Shown piece after piece: positions 52,075 to 64,000 of a stretch of DNA of 64,000 nt (position 1 is its first letter; each line of letters starts with the position of its first letter). Source of the DNA: Carcharhinus longimanus (Eukaryota); assembly GCA_030264375.1 (NCBI GenBank), contig JASCQW010000001.1:107027997-107091996 (forward strand), in the 5' to 3' direction. The notes beneath the pieces were generated by a model that ran no database searches, had not been told where the DNA came from, and worked only from the letters and a program-made list of their open reading frames with translations. Both the position numbers and the translations under genes were made by a program.

Positions 52075-52383
52075 CCATGGAATCCCTATAGTGCAGAAAG
52101 AGGTCATTCGGCCCATCGAGTCTGCAATGACCGCAATCCCACCCATGCTCTATCCCCATAACCCCATATATTTACTCTGCTCATCCTCTGACACTAAGGG
52201 TCAATTTAGCATAGCCAATCAACCTAACCTGAACTGTGGGAGGAAACCGGAGCACCCTGAGGAAACCCACGCAGACATGGGGAGAATGTGCAACCTCCAT
52301 GCAGAAAGTGACCCAAGGCTGGAATTGAACCCAGGTCCCTAGCGCTGTGAGGCAGCAGTGTTAACCACTGTGCCACCGTGCCG
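52075..52383 (-). mobile_element. HE1-like SINE, full length
   Basis: Reverse complement: ggcacggtggcacagtggttaacactgctgcctcacagcgctagggacctgggttcaattcc...gatgggccgaatgacctctttctgcactatagggattccatg. Confidence 0.88.
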
Positions 52384-53291
52384 AGGAGGAAACTGTTAAA
52401 CAAAAAATTACAAGTGAATTTCCATAGAGTTTCTCCTTGGTAACTTTGACAGATGAGCTGAAGAAACCCTGAAAAAATGGTGCAATTTATTTTATCCAGG
52501 GTTCTTCCAACAAAGATATATACGTCCAACGGGAGAATCCCTGGAGAAATTCACTGCCACTCTTTATAGTGCGAAGACGGCTTCTAAATTTAAACTGACA
52601 CCATCAAACTGAGCTTAATAAATCACACTCGCAGCAGGAAGCTTTGGATACCATGAGAGGAAATTTTCAAGATGGCTCTCATATCTGTGATAAAGTGGAT
52701 ATGAAACCCAAATGCCCAAGGTGGTGAATTTAAAATGAGTTACACGTTCAATCCAATCAATTTTTCAGACGATACAAGCTGCTTTTGAGCAGTTGGAAAA
52801 GTGGTGGAATAAGTGAGGATGATATGTGAAGCAAAGCCAAGGACTCATTTGGCTTTCAAAGTATCTTTAAATATTACTATCCAAGGTGGTTCAGACTTGC
52901 AGTATAAGAATGATAGATCAACATGGTGAAATGTCATTGCCTGCACAGAGTAGAAACTTGAAAATATGATTGTGGAAGCATGTGGAAACATTGTATGCTA
53001 TAACACAAGTCAGTTCACTTTAGATTCACTATTCTTCATCTGCCGTTTCTGCTAAAAGTTTTGTTCTAAGCTTATTAGCTATAGAGAGAGTTCCAGTCCT
53101 GCCCAAAAGGGACAGAGATGGGAGCTTCAGCAACAAGGCAGATGGGATGGTGGGGTTATGAAAGTCTTGTTGAAAGGGTAATTTGAAGTTTCTCCCACAG
53201 CTGAATGTGCGAGATCGGTGAGGAGAGTTGCCGTTTGAGTGCATGATGCTGTGCTGAGTGTTTGGTAGTGGAAGGATCCAAAAGGACTTAC

Positions 53292-53425
53292 CTTGGCGGA
53301 GCAGAGAAGTTCATTCAATATGCTTCCTGCACTGGATTACACTTTGTGGGTTGGTAGTGGCCATGCTGACCTCCAAGGCAATGGCCTCCCAGGCCAGAAA
53401 GGTGAGGTTGTTGTGCGCCTTTGAG
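53292..53425 (-). mobile_element. PIF/Harbinger Myb/SANT-like exon remnant
   Basis: NLTFLAWEAIALEVSMATTNPQSVIQCRKH-NELLCSAK followed by a gtaagt donor. Confidence 0.6.
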
Positions 53426-54724
53426 CCATTATTGGGATAGAGCATATGCACATAGAGCATATTTGGCTAGCCTGGACCGCCAAATAAAGGCCCCACCATG
53501 AAAGCTGGTGGGACTTTCTTTCCTTTCCACTATGCACCTGGTTGCTGACAGTCTTAAGAGCACAGGTGGGCTGGAGAGAGTATACTGCACTGGTATTTAA
53601 ATATGGTGCCAAGACCTTCAAACCTGCCAACTGATGGCAGGCAAATGTATCAGCTGCTGGCCTGCGAGGGGGCAAAAGGAATTTATCCGTGCCTAATTAA
53701 TGAGCTTCCAAAAGTTGAATGTAGCATGGGATATTGCCATTCTGGTGGGTGAGACAGGCAAATTCCACTCTAAGTACCACTTTGGAATTGTGAAATCAGA
53801 AGCAAATAAAAGGCAAGATCAATAACTAAGACACTGACGGTAAAGCAAAATACAACCAAACAATAAAAAATGAATGAAGACAACAGTATGTTCAGAGCCA
53901 TGTCATCGAACAAGAAACGGCAAGATGTGTTACACACATCATCCCCAAAATAACATCATTGTGCACTACTATGCAAATTAGAGTTGCAATTTCATTTTAG
54001 ACATTCAAGGATAAATTCTGATGTTTTCATTAACATTAAAGAGCATTAAGTTTAACATTTACTTTCAAAGTAAATTCCAGTCAAAATCAAAAATAATTTC
54101 ATGAAGATCATTTTTTGAGTGCCACTCCTAAATCATATAAAGCATTTATCTGCCATTTAAGGACCAACAGTTTAGTAGCTAACAGTCTAATTTCTATGCA
54201 CCATCTCCTGCATTTAGCTGAAGGGATTTTTTTATGATCTTGTTGCCACAATCCACTGTTATGCTGTGTGTCAGATAAGCATTTTCATTTTAAACCACCA
54301 AGGCACTTCCAACAAATCAGGAATGCTATTTCACAAAGCCTGAAGATAGCCTGAAATGACAGAATTGCTGGAATCCCAGCTGACAATTTATCCGCTTAAC
54401 AATGTTCTCACTTGAATGTTCAACATGGCATTTTGATACTCAAGTACACTTTTCAAATTGTTTTTGATAGAAAGTGTTAGGCACATAGTACTCTGCAACT
54501 TTATATTAACAGACTTCCTCTTGAATTCCTCCTACTGACAATCGTACATCACAACATTTGACATAAAGTTAACTGCCTTCTTGAATAATCAAAATATTCA
54601 CAAATACACCACCAACATGTTTGGATGAGGAGTTCTTTTCAGACTTTTAAACTCAGCCAAATTAGTTTTAAAAAAAACGTAAACTAAAAACTGGGAGAGA
54701 AGCTGCGTTATCTGCCTGTCTTAC

Positions 54725-54871
54725 CTTGGCAAGTTCCTGTAGTGTAATCAATGTAGTACTGCTGGGCACAGGCCTCATATTGACATTCTCCAAAGAGCAA
54801 AACTTTATTGGGGTCTTTACAGGACAAGCAAGCTGACCCAGACTCACAGGTCAAACACTGGCTGCTGCAGG
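54725..54871 (-). CDS. FRAS1: FRAS1-family internal exon (furin-like repeat)
   Basis: tgtctcctag acceptor, AAG|gtaaga donor; 147 nt. PCSSQCLTCESGSACLSCKDPNKVLLFGECQYEACAQQYYIDYTTGTCQ; DPNKVLLFGECQYE is a FRAS1 hallmark. Confidence 0.95.
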
Positions 54872-55204
54872 CTAGGAGACACAAACAAATAAGCCATTGA
54901 AAGATTTTCCCCTACATAGAGACCATAACATCATAGAATCCACCTTGTGCGAAAATGAATCATTTGATTCAAAGTATTAGATTAACTTTCTCCCTGTTGC
55001 ATGGTTAATAGCTTTCATTTGTCACATGGTTACTTATGCTTGCAAATGTTCAAGTAAATCCTATTCACAAAACAGGAGAACTGGGATTCAACTAAATGAG
55101 CGATTAGGCTTTAACAGAAAAATGATTACAACAGACAAAATGTGCTACATTTGGATCAAAATGGGTTTTAACTGAGTAAGAAAGAATTTTAAACGTTTCA
55201 GAAC

Positions 55205-55515
55205 TGGGTGGCACAGTGGTTAATACTGCTGCATCACAGCGCCAGAGACCTGGGTTTGATTCCCAGCTTGGGTCACTGTCTGTATGGAGTTTGTACTTTC
55301 TGGGTCTGTGTGAGTTTCCTCTAGGTGCTCCGGTTTCTTCCCACAGTCCAAAAGTGTGTGGGTTAGGTTGATTGGCTATGCTAAATTAACACTAGTTTTG
55401 GGAGGATTAGCAGGGTAAATATGTGGGGTTACGAAGATAGAGCCTGGGTGGGATTGTTGTCGGTATAGAGTTGATGGGCCGAGTGACCACCTTCTGTACT
55501 ATAGGGATTCTATGA
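55205..55515 (+). mobile_element. HE1-like SINE, full length
   Basis: ggtggcacagtggttaatactgctgcatcacagcgccagagacctgggtttgattccc...gatgggccgagtgaccaccttctgtactatagggattctatga. Confidence 0.88.
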
Positions 55516-57344
55516 ACTCTGGAATGCCAGAATTATTTCAGGAATCACTGGTGAAAATGCAAATGAAAACAATAGCTATCAGAAATCTAAACTATTACAT
55601 AAAGTGGCACTTCTGTTGCCAATGCAGCATTATCACAATAGACTAAATGGCCTCTTTATTTGCTGTAACCATTCCATGATTTGAAATTGAGATGATTAAA
55701 GTATAACATACATCAGCAATATTCTGTTCATTGTCAGGTAATATTCTCAATAGGTTACTGTTGTAAATAGTCTTTTAAATTTTGAGTTTTGTTTGATTTA
55801 CAAAACTGCAAATTTAAAATCACAAATGTGCACCAAGGACTTTAAAACTAGGGTCTCTAAAACATGAAGGTTAAATGTTTAGACCACAGGGTGTTTACAA
55901 GGCAACACATTTCTCTTGTTCTGCGATAGATTTCTGTATTTTTTGGCTTACAGACACTGTTATATTTGATGTAGGATACTAACAAAGCATGAATTGGCAC
56001 CATCTTTCAGAAGTCAGGGAAAGTGTCATAATGTGTCAATATTTTCAGATGACAGAGGTCAATATGTTACAAGTGACTGCAATACCCATTAAGGCAGGGG
56101 AATATTTGCCACAGTTGCTGCTGTTGATTCTTACCCAGTAGTTTTATGTTAAAAATATGTATGTGTATACATCAGGTCAGTACATAATCAGACCTGGCTA
56201 TTACATCTCCAAGTAGATTCACCTGGAGTAGTGCCAGGTGATATGAAGTATCAAGGCATACACGCATGAAAACATGCCAGGTATGAGCAGCCAACTGACA
56301 TTTATAGAACTGTATTCTACCAAAAATCAACACTGAGAAAAGGAGAAAAAGTTGGCAAAAACAGGACTGTGTTAGAAATTGGTGTTAGATTCCCTAAATT
56401 ATGGAACAGTTAATCAACAAGCACTTCCCATTTCTGACTATTATCTAAGAGTACCTCCTTTAAAAGGTATAGAGTAAATTTTCCTTCCCCCAGTAATGGG
56501 CAGAATCGCACACCAAATGTGCACTACTCCTTCCAAGTCCAGATCTTGATAATCTCCTGGCCTCGGCCAATATGATAGCCTAGGGCACCTCAGGCAATGC
56601 CCGAGGGCCCAGTGTTGCAGAAGGGGCAGAAGAATTAATTGACAGACCTCTGAGATCAACAGCCAGAAGAACTTAATTACCTTCAGATATTCAACCTAGG
56701 GGATTTAAGATTAAAACTGATCACTGATCATTGTTTCTTTCATAGCCCCCAGATATCTGTAGACGCTCTAGTTAGTGGTGACCTGGGGACAGTCCTTGGC
56801 GTCCTGGGGTTCCCAGTGAGTAATTCTTAGGAAAATGTCACGGGAAACCATGACTGGCTCCTTCTGTTTAGTTTGTATTGGTGAAATAGGCCAATGTTTC
56901 TGTAGCCCCAAGTATGGATCTGTAACCGCAGAGTTCCTGGCACTACATAGAATGGATGGACTCTCTGCAAAGTAGCTCCAGTCACCGTTTTATAACTCAT
57001 AAAATCCCTACAGCACAGAAGGAGGCCATTCCACCCATCACATCTGCACCGACTACAATCTCACCCAGGGCTTATTCCCACAACCGGGAAGATAGATGTT
57101 CCCTTGAAATAAAGGTCAATAAATAATCCCTTAAATAAAGAAGTCAGGTGAGAATAGGATAGGATTTGACTATGATGTCTTCCACGCTCAAGTTAAATGC
57201 CTATATTATCTATGCTAATGCCTGAAACAAAAGTTACCACTTACCAACAGTACTGGGGGACTCCTGACACTCATGAAGTTGTCTACGAGCATTAATCAAC
57301 ACCATTTCAGAAAGAGGAGGACAAGAGGAAAAACAACACTGGAA

Positions 57345-57620
57345 GAGAAACAAAAGCAGAAACTGCTGGAAAATCTCAGCAGGTCTGACAGTATCTGTAG
57401 GGAGAGAATAAAACCGGGATTTCACCAGCACGACCACCCCAATTCTGGGGGCGGGCCAGGCTCGGAGAATGGCATTCTCCATTGGCTTCGGGCAGGATCA
57501 TGTGAACCGCGGGTGGACATGCCGGTAAAATTCCACCCAACATTTTGAGTCTAGCTGACAAAGGGCATTTTCTGTTTTTGTTTCAGTTTCCACCATCCAC
57601 AGTATTTTGCTTTTATGTTG
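57345..57620. mobile_element. Penelope-derived inverted pLTR unit interrupted by a MITE (57414-57538)
   Basis: aaacaaaagcagaaactgctggaaaatctcagcaggtctgacag ... gcattttctgtttttgtttcag arms; inserted element ccgggattttcacc...ggtaaaattccaccc. Confidence 0.55.
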
Positions 57621-57959
57621 GAAGAGAAATATTCCATCTGAAACTGTTGCCAATTACTAGTAATATGCAAAAATGTTAGCATTTATTGCACTTACAATTT
57701 AGATATGAGACCTGAAATTTTAAAAGTCTATAAGGAAAGTGTCTGTTTATTTTAAACATTGCCCGAGATCAGAGGCTGCACATCACACAAAGTATTTTTT
57801 CAGTTACAATTCCAACACAGATCCTGACAGTCAAATTTGCAATATGCGATACTGGTGGCCGAGCTGCATTACTGTGAAGTTGGAAATTACGCATGAAGTA
57901 GAAATTCCAGCACTGAGCTGGTGTAACAAATATAATGGTTGCAGCCCTTAGATACATAC

Positions 57960-58106
57960 GCTGGCAGATCTGTTTGTTGTCACTGTAGAAAGCTGGGGGA
58001 CAGGCAGCAACACATATGCCAGTATTGGCCAGAACCAAGTCAGCTGCACAAGCAGTGCAACCATAAGCACCTTCAGTATTGCATGTTTTACATGATGGAT
58101 AGCATT
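57960..58106 (-). CDS. FRAS1: FRAS1-family internal exon (furin-like repeat)
   Basis: cttcttccag acceptor after a 116-nt intron, C|gtatgt donor; 147 nt. KCYPSCKTCNTEGAYGCTACAADLVLANTGICVAACPPAFYSDNKQICQ. Confidence 0.93.
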
Positions 58107-58222
58107 CTGGAAGAAGCAAAGAGAAGACATACATTTATCAGCAAGTTTATTCCAATCTAAGGAAGAACTAAAAAAAACTATGGAATACAGTTTCATTGTA
58201 TGTACCCCACCCCACTGCTTAC

Positions 58223-58375
58223 TTTTGCAAGTGCCTCTGCTCATGAAGTATCCTGTGGGACAATGAGAAATGCAACTGTCTCCAAGCAACAGCTCACGGG
58301 GATCCTTGCAGTACAGACAAACACGACCTGCATCTTTAAGGTCAGCTGTACAGTGCTTACACTGAGGGTGGCAAT
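58223..58375 (-). CDS. FRAS1: FRAS1-family internal exon (furin-like repeat)
   Basis: ttgtttcag acceptor, A|gtaagc donor; 153 nt, phase 1-1. DCHPQCKHCTADLKDAGRVCLYCKDPRELLLGDSCISHCPTGYFMSRGTCK. Confidence 0.93.
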
Positions 58376-59396
58376 CTGAAACAAAAGGCAAAAGCAAAAT
58401 TGATTTTGTATGGTAATAGTAAACTATCAGCCAAGAGAAATTGGCAATAATTTAAACACTGATTTTTTTTTTAAATCACTAAACTTTTTAATTAGGCATC
58501 TATAAACATAGACTCTGAGATTCTGCTTTTGTTGGGTTGAGCACCTGATTAAAATAACTCTTACACAGACAACTTTCTCAAAGCAGGTGTATTCACATGT
58601 CAGATCAATACCAAGGCCATTCATACTGTCACAAGGGCAGCTGCTCAGTTTGTGGGAGATGGTGGGTAAGATTCAGATTAACCTTAGCATTTTACCACAA
58701 TGCAAGTGGACGGGCCATGCATCAGATATTTATAAAAAATAATATGTGTTGAACGATCGCTTTTCACACTGCAAACAGTTCCTCTTTGAGCAGCTGAAGT
58801 CTGTATTGAAGTCAAGAAAAAAACGGTTCTAAATTTGGAATTCATTGAGTTTAATTGCCTATTTTTCTATTTCCATGCTCCGATAGTTGTTTTTGACATT
58901 GTAAAACAAAATAACCAAAACTAGATCAAATGAGGGCATTGTGAACCTGGTTCTAAGCTTATGGATCATGTTAAATTAGTATGTTTGTACAGCAAAAAAG
59001 GTATAGGCATTAAGAATTTTGTACTGCTCTCCCCATCCACTGGGTTCAACGCTCACCTCCCCCTTATAGCCTGCACCAGGAAATTCTGAAGCCTCAGAAT
59101 TGAAGGCCAACCTTCTGACGTTGAGATTACAGCAGGGACAGCCGTCTCTCTCTTAACTCCTGTGGAGTTCTAATCTTGATCCCGAAAGCATTGTGGGAAA
59201 GCACTGTCTCACCTCAACCATGCTGGAAAAGCTAACGACAACTTGACTTCAATACAGGCATTTTTGTTTGTTAAATTCTAGTTCATAATGCTGCTTTACA
59301 AGTTATTTCCAGTTGCAGGAAAATTGTTGGGGTTTCTGTTTTGTTCCACAGTTAGTGTTTTGTAAATCATGGTGCATAGTTAACCTGCTCACTTAC

Positions 59397-59540
59397 CCAC
59401 ACAGTATCCAACTTGATTCAAGTATTGCCCTTCTTGGCAGCTGGTTCTGCAGTATCCATTCAGCAGTGTAGCATGAGGGTGACATGCCAAACAATCCGAG
59501 TCTGAAGGGCCATTACACTGCTGGCAGGAGGGATGACATG
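59397..59540 (-). CDS. FRAS1: FRAS1-family internal exon (furin-like Cys-rich repeat)
   Basis: cttcctttctag acceptor and GG|gtaagt donor; 144 nt, phase 1-1. Translates CHPSCQQCNGPSDSDCLACHPHATLLNGYCRTSCQEGQYLNQVGYCV, matching the recalled FRAS1 segment CHPTCRQCHGPLESDCISC...CRTSCREEQFLNLVGYCA. Confidence 0.93.
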
Positions 59541-59914
59541 CTAGAAAGGAAGAGGAAGTTTAAGATTAATAATCAAGTGCATTGGGAAGTTTTATTAAAT
59601 TGCTAATTCTATATAAATAAACACAACATTTATTTTGAAACTGTAGATCTTTGCAGGAATGTTATCATCTGGCCTTGATTTAACCTCTTCAACAGTACAA
59701 AAATATTCAAATTTTTCTAAAATATTGTCTAGATCTGATATCTACACTCATTTGCTTTCCCACATTTATTTATCCAATAGCATTATTAACTGGTTTGTGG
59801 AATATCATAACAGACATTCCAGCAAGTGCTAATTATTGTTCACCATAGTGTAAATGTACCCAGTGGATGGGAAGAACAATATAGAATTCTTAATGTTGGC
59901 ATAATTTTTTTTCC

Positions 59915-60925
59915 CCGATTGACAGGCAATGACTAGTGGGATACCACAGAGATCTGTGCTAGGACCCCAACTGTTCAGTTTATATATTAATGATTTGGAA
60001 GAGGGAATTAAATGCATTGTCTTCAAATTTGCAAGTTTGGTGGGAGAGTGAGCTGTTAGGAGGATGTAGAGACGCTTCAATGTGATTTGGACAGGCTTAG
60101 TGATGGGGAAAATGCATGGCAATGCAGTATAATGTGGATAAATGTGAAGTTATCCACTTGGGAAGAAAAAATAGGAAGGCAGATAATCTGAATGGGTGTA
60201 AATTGAGAGAGATCGCACCAAGGCTTTGGTGTCCTCATGCATCAGTCACTAAAATTAAATGCCCAAATACAGCAGACAATAAAGCAGACAAATGGTATGT
60301 TGGCCTTCATAGCAAGAGGATTTAAGTATAGGAATGGGAATGTTTTGCTGCAATTGTATAGGGCACTGGTGAGGTCACAGCTGCAGTCTTGTGTGCAGTT
60401 TTGGTGTCCTTATAGGAGGAAGAATGTCCTTGCTGTAGAGGGAGTACAGCAAAGGTTTACCAGGCTGATTCTTCGGAGGCAGGTCTCTCATATGAGGACA
60501 GAATAAATTTGTTAGGATTATATTCATTGGCGTTTAGAAGTGTGAGAGAGGATCTTATAAAATTTTAATAGGATGAGACAGGGGAGATTCAGGAAGAATA
60601 TCCAAATGGCGGGNNNNNNNNNNNNNNNNNNNNNNNNNNNNNNNNNNNNNNNNNNNNNNNNNNNNNNNNNNNNNNNNNNNNNNNNNNNNNNNNNNNNNNN
60701 NNNNNNNNNNNNNNNNNNNNNNNNNNNNNNNNNNNNNNNNNNNNNNNNNNNNNNNNNNNNNNNNNNNNNNNNNNNNNNNNNNNNNNNNNNNNNNNNNNNN
60801 NNCGCCCCCCCCCCCCCCAGGATCAGAATATTAAATTTGGTGATCAGCCATGATCATAATGAATGGCAGAGCAAGCTCAAAGGGCTGAATAACCTACTCC
60901 TGCTTCTATTTTCTATGTATGTTTT
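59915..60925 (+). mobile_element. CR1 LINE RT-to-3' fragment spanning a gap
   Basis: TSGIPQRSVLGPQLFSLYINDL, MQYNVDKCEVIHLGRKN, LLQLYRALVRSQLQSCVQFWCPY; ttctatgtatg tail. Confidence 0.88.
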
Positions 60926-61446
60926 TATGTTAGAATCCTGACCCACCTCCCTACATTCATCTGGGATGACCACCCAATGGCAGCACATTCAGTACGTGTC
61001 TCAACGCCATCCCTCACACCTTCCTCTCTGATACACCTCCACACTGATCCCTATTAAGCTCCAGCAGGGTGAGATGCATGGGCGCACCGCCAGCATCTCA
61101 ATGCTACCAAACATCTGCATTCCCGCAGCTTCCAAGTCATCAGCGTCAGACCTTGCATAGGAAGGACACATCAGTGTTATCTGTCCAATGGTGCAGCCTT
61201 TCTGGAAATGTTAGCTCAATACCTGGAACACTGGCTTGAAAAGGGTTAAAAATTGACTTCTGCTAAATGGCAGTGTTTTTTTTGGGTGCACACTATTTAA
61301 TAGCCTAATCACTAGTGAGGGAAGGCTGGGGTGGCTATTCAGCTAAGTATCTTCCTCTTCTGGCAAACGAGGCACTGCTGAACGTGAGGCCACAATTAGC
61401 AGTCCAGTGCATTCCCAGAAGGCATTCTTTCTCCCAGGTCACATGA

Positions 61447-62712
61447 GATACATAGAACATAGAACACGACAGCACAAACAGGCCCTTCAGCCCACAAGTT
61501 GCGCTGATCACATCCATACCTACCAGGCCTACCTATCACTCTCAATTCCATTAAATACCATATAGCCATCCAGAAGTCTCTTAAAAGATCCCAACGAGTT
61601 CGCCTCTACCACCACCGACGGCAGCTGATTCCACTTGCTCACCACCCTCAGTGAAAAACTTACCCCTGACATCCCCTCTGTACCTGCTCCCCAGCACCTT
61701 AAATCTGTGTCCTCTCGTAGCAACCATTTCAGCCCTGGAAATAGCCTCCGAGGATCCACCCTATCTATACCTCTCAACATCNNNNNNNNNNNNNNNNNNN
61801 NNNNNNNNNNNNNNNNNNNNNNNNNNNNNNNNNNNNNNNNNNNNNNNNNNNNNNNNNNNNNNNNNNNNNNNNNNNNNNNNNCAAGCCTTATACTCCTCTA
61901 GATCCTTAACATCTCTTAGCTCTCTGAACCTTTTATACGCCTTTCTTTTCTTCCTGACTAGGTTCACCACAACCTTCGTGCACCATGGTTCCCGTGACCT
62001 ACCAAAACCTCCCTGTCTCATCAGAACGTTGTCGTGCAGAGCTCCAGACAAACATTCCTTGAAAATCCTCCACCTTCCTTCAGTACTTTTCCCCAAGAAC
62101 ACCTCCTTCCAGTTTACTTGTCCAATTTTCTGCCTGATGTCTTCATATTTCCCCTTACTCCAGATAAACACCTTCCTAGTCTGCCTGATCCTATCTCTTT
62201 CCAATGCTATCGTGAAGGAGATAGAATTATGATCGCCATCCCCAAAATGCTCTCCCACCGAGAGATCCGACACCTGTCCAGGTTCATTAGCCAGCACCAG
62301 GTCAAGTACAGCCTCTCCTCTCATAGGCTTATCCACGCACTATGTCAGGAAACCCTCCTGAACACACATAACAAACTCCTCCCCATCCAAATCCCTTACC
62401 CTAGGGATATTCCAGTCGATGCTTGGGAAATTAAAGTCTCCCATCACTACAACTCTGTTATTACTACATCTCTCTAGGATCTGTTTCCCTATCTGCACCT
62501 CAACTTCCCTGTCACTATAACACCCAGCAAAGTTACTGACCCCTTGCTGTTCCTAACTTCCACCCACAGAGACTCTGTAGACAATCCCTCCACAGTGTCC
62601 ACCTTCTCTACAGCCGTGACACTGTCCCTGATCAACAGTGCCACTCCGCCCCCTCTTTTGCCTCCCTCTCTGTCCTTCCTGGAACATCTGAATCCCGGAC
62701 TGAGCAGCTTTC
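61447..62712 (-). mobile_element. Young near-full-length CR1 LINE (endonuclease and 3' end; RT lost in gap)
   Basis: GFRCSRKDREGGKRGGGVALLIRD, LDLVLANEPGQVSDLSVGEHFGDGDHNSISF; 3' end WNQLPSVVVEANSLGSFKRLLD with tctatgttctatgt tail. Confidence 0.9.
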
Positions 62713-63374
62713 CATGAGTCATTGAGATCTACCATTAGACACAAGCAACTCTGACAATTCATTTTGGTCTCACGGGTAGCCTCTCCTCTTTGTCCTCAAC
62801 TGTTGCCCGAGTGTGGGTCCCAATCCTCTACTGAGCCTGAGGCCCTTCAGGCCACGTGAGGGGAGAGGCAGCCTATTCCTGGTTCCTTTATTGTGCACTG
62901 ATAGCCATGCCTCTCATGGGACCCCATCTGGATAACTCTCAGCCTCCCCCAGTGCTGAGCCTCTTGTTTTCAAACCCTCTCATCTTCTGGCCAGCCCCAA
63001 ACACTCACTCAACTGTGATAAGGATAGGAACCCATGGAGGAGGAAAAAAGAAGCACTACCCGCATACCAGCCTTCATAAACTCTTAAAAGGCAAGGGGCA
63101 CCCCAAAATGCATGGAAAGTAAGGCCTGCAAAGTTACCGTTATGGACCCCTCTCCCCGATATGGCAGTTGTGGGAGCCCCACCCCTTGCACTTACCTGTG
63201 TCCCTGCATCCTCTCTGGTGATCCCTGAGCAGTGAACATCCTGGGAGGGGTGCTGGCTGCCTGAGCCCTCACCTCCAAACTCCTCCTCAGAGTTGAAGGT
63301 GTCAGGTTCACATTCATATGGAGCTGTTGCAAATAATGCCAGTGTGACATGATGTCAGCGCGCTTCATCATCCT

Positions 63375-64000
63375 TTTAAATTATTTTTTGCACCCCTTCT
63401 GAACTTTTAGCTTTCAGTGATTTGTGTTCATGGGCACGTAAATTATTTGCTTCACCAAAGTTCTTGGAACAAAAATTTCCAATTTGTCTTTCTTGGATCC
63501 AAAATGGATAGCTTCACATGAACTTCATTTGTTATAAGTTTGCACACTTATGTAGTCTCCCGATGTCCTTTTGTAAATTCGGGTTCTTAGCTATACAACA
63601 TACAGAGCATCCTAATTTAGTGTCCTGTGCAAACATGGATATAGAACCTACTATTACCTTATTCCAAGTCATTTATATTTGTGGTGAAATGCTGAAGCCT
63701 CAGTATCGATCCCTGGCCAACACCATTTGTCACATTCTGTCAAATACAGAACATTCCAAATGTGCTTTCTCCCATCTCACAACCAATTACCAAACCATGG
63801 CATATGTCTTCTCCAACTCTATACACCTATACTTTTGCTAATAATTTTGGTGTTGGAACATATCAAATGCCTTCTGGAAGTCCACATAGACAACACCCTT
63901 AGGCATTCCCCTGTCTATCGTGCCAGTTACCTCATCAATTTTACAACTAGATTAGTTAGACATGATCTACCCTTCATTAATCTTTGCCAGGTGTCATTGA
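63375..64000 (-). mobile_element. Degraded CR1 RT fragment
   Basis: Minus-strand VVYVDFQKAFDM and MFAQDTKLG motifs. Confidence 0.75.

Overview
Eukaryotic genomic DNA, very likely from a cartilaginous fish: it carries HE1-like tRNA SINEs, a SacSINE/Deu-like SINE, abundant CR1/L2 LINEs and Penelope elements. The whole window lies inside one large minus-strand gene of the FRAS1 family (Fraser extracellular matrix complex subunit 1). I reconstructed 14 consecutive GT-AG coding exons by hand (59540 down to 2613, 2274 nt, about 758 codons, reading frame continuous across all junctions). They encode the last furin-like Cys-rich repeats and the first CSPG/NG2 (cadherin-like) repeats. The start and stop of the gene lie outside the window. 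Introns contain decayed Gypsy, CR1, L2, L1, Rex1/Babar, Penelope (with degenerate hammerhead ribozyme cores), Harbinger-type elements, SINEs and seven N-gaps. Most ORFs in the supplied track are spurious or TE-derived. I see no clear new biological system. The best leads are: possible divergent-paralog status of this FRAS1 copy, two local fold-back inverted duplications, two unexplained coding-like intronic relics, a tRNA-headed LINE derivative, a mirrored repeat array and a candidate CTCF site.
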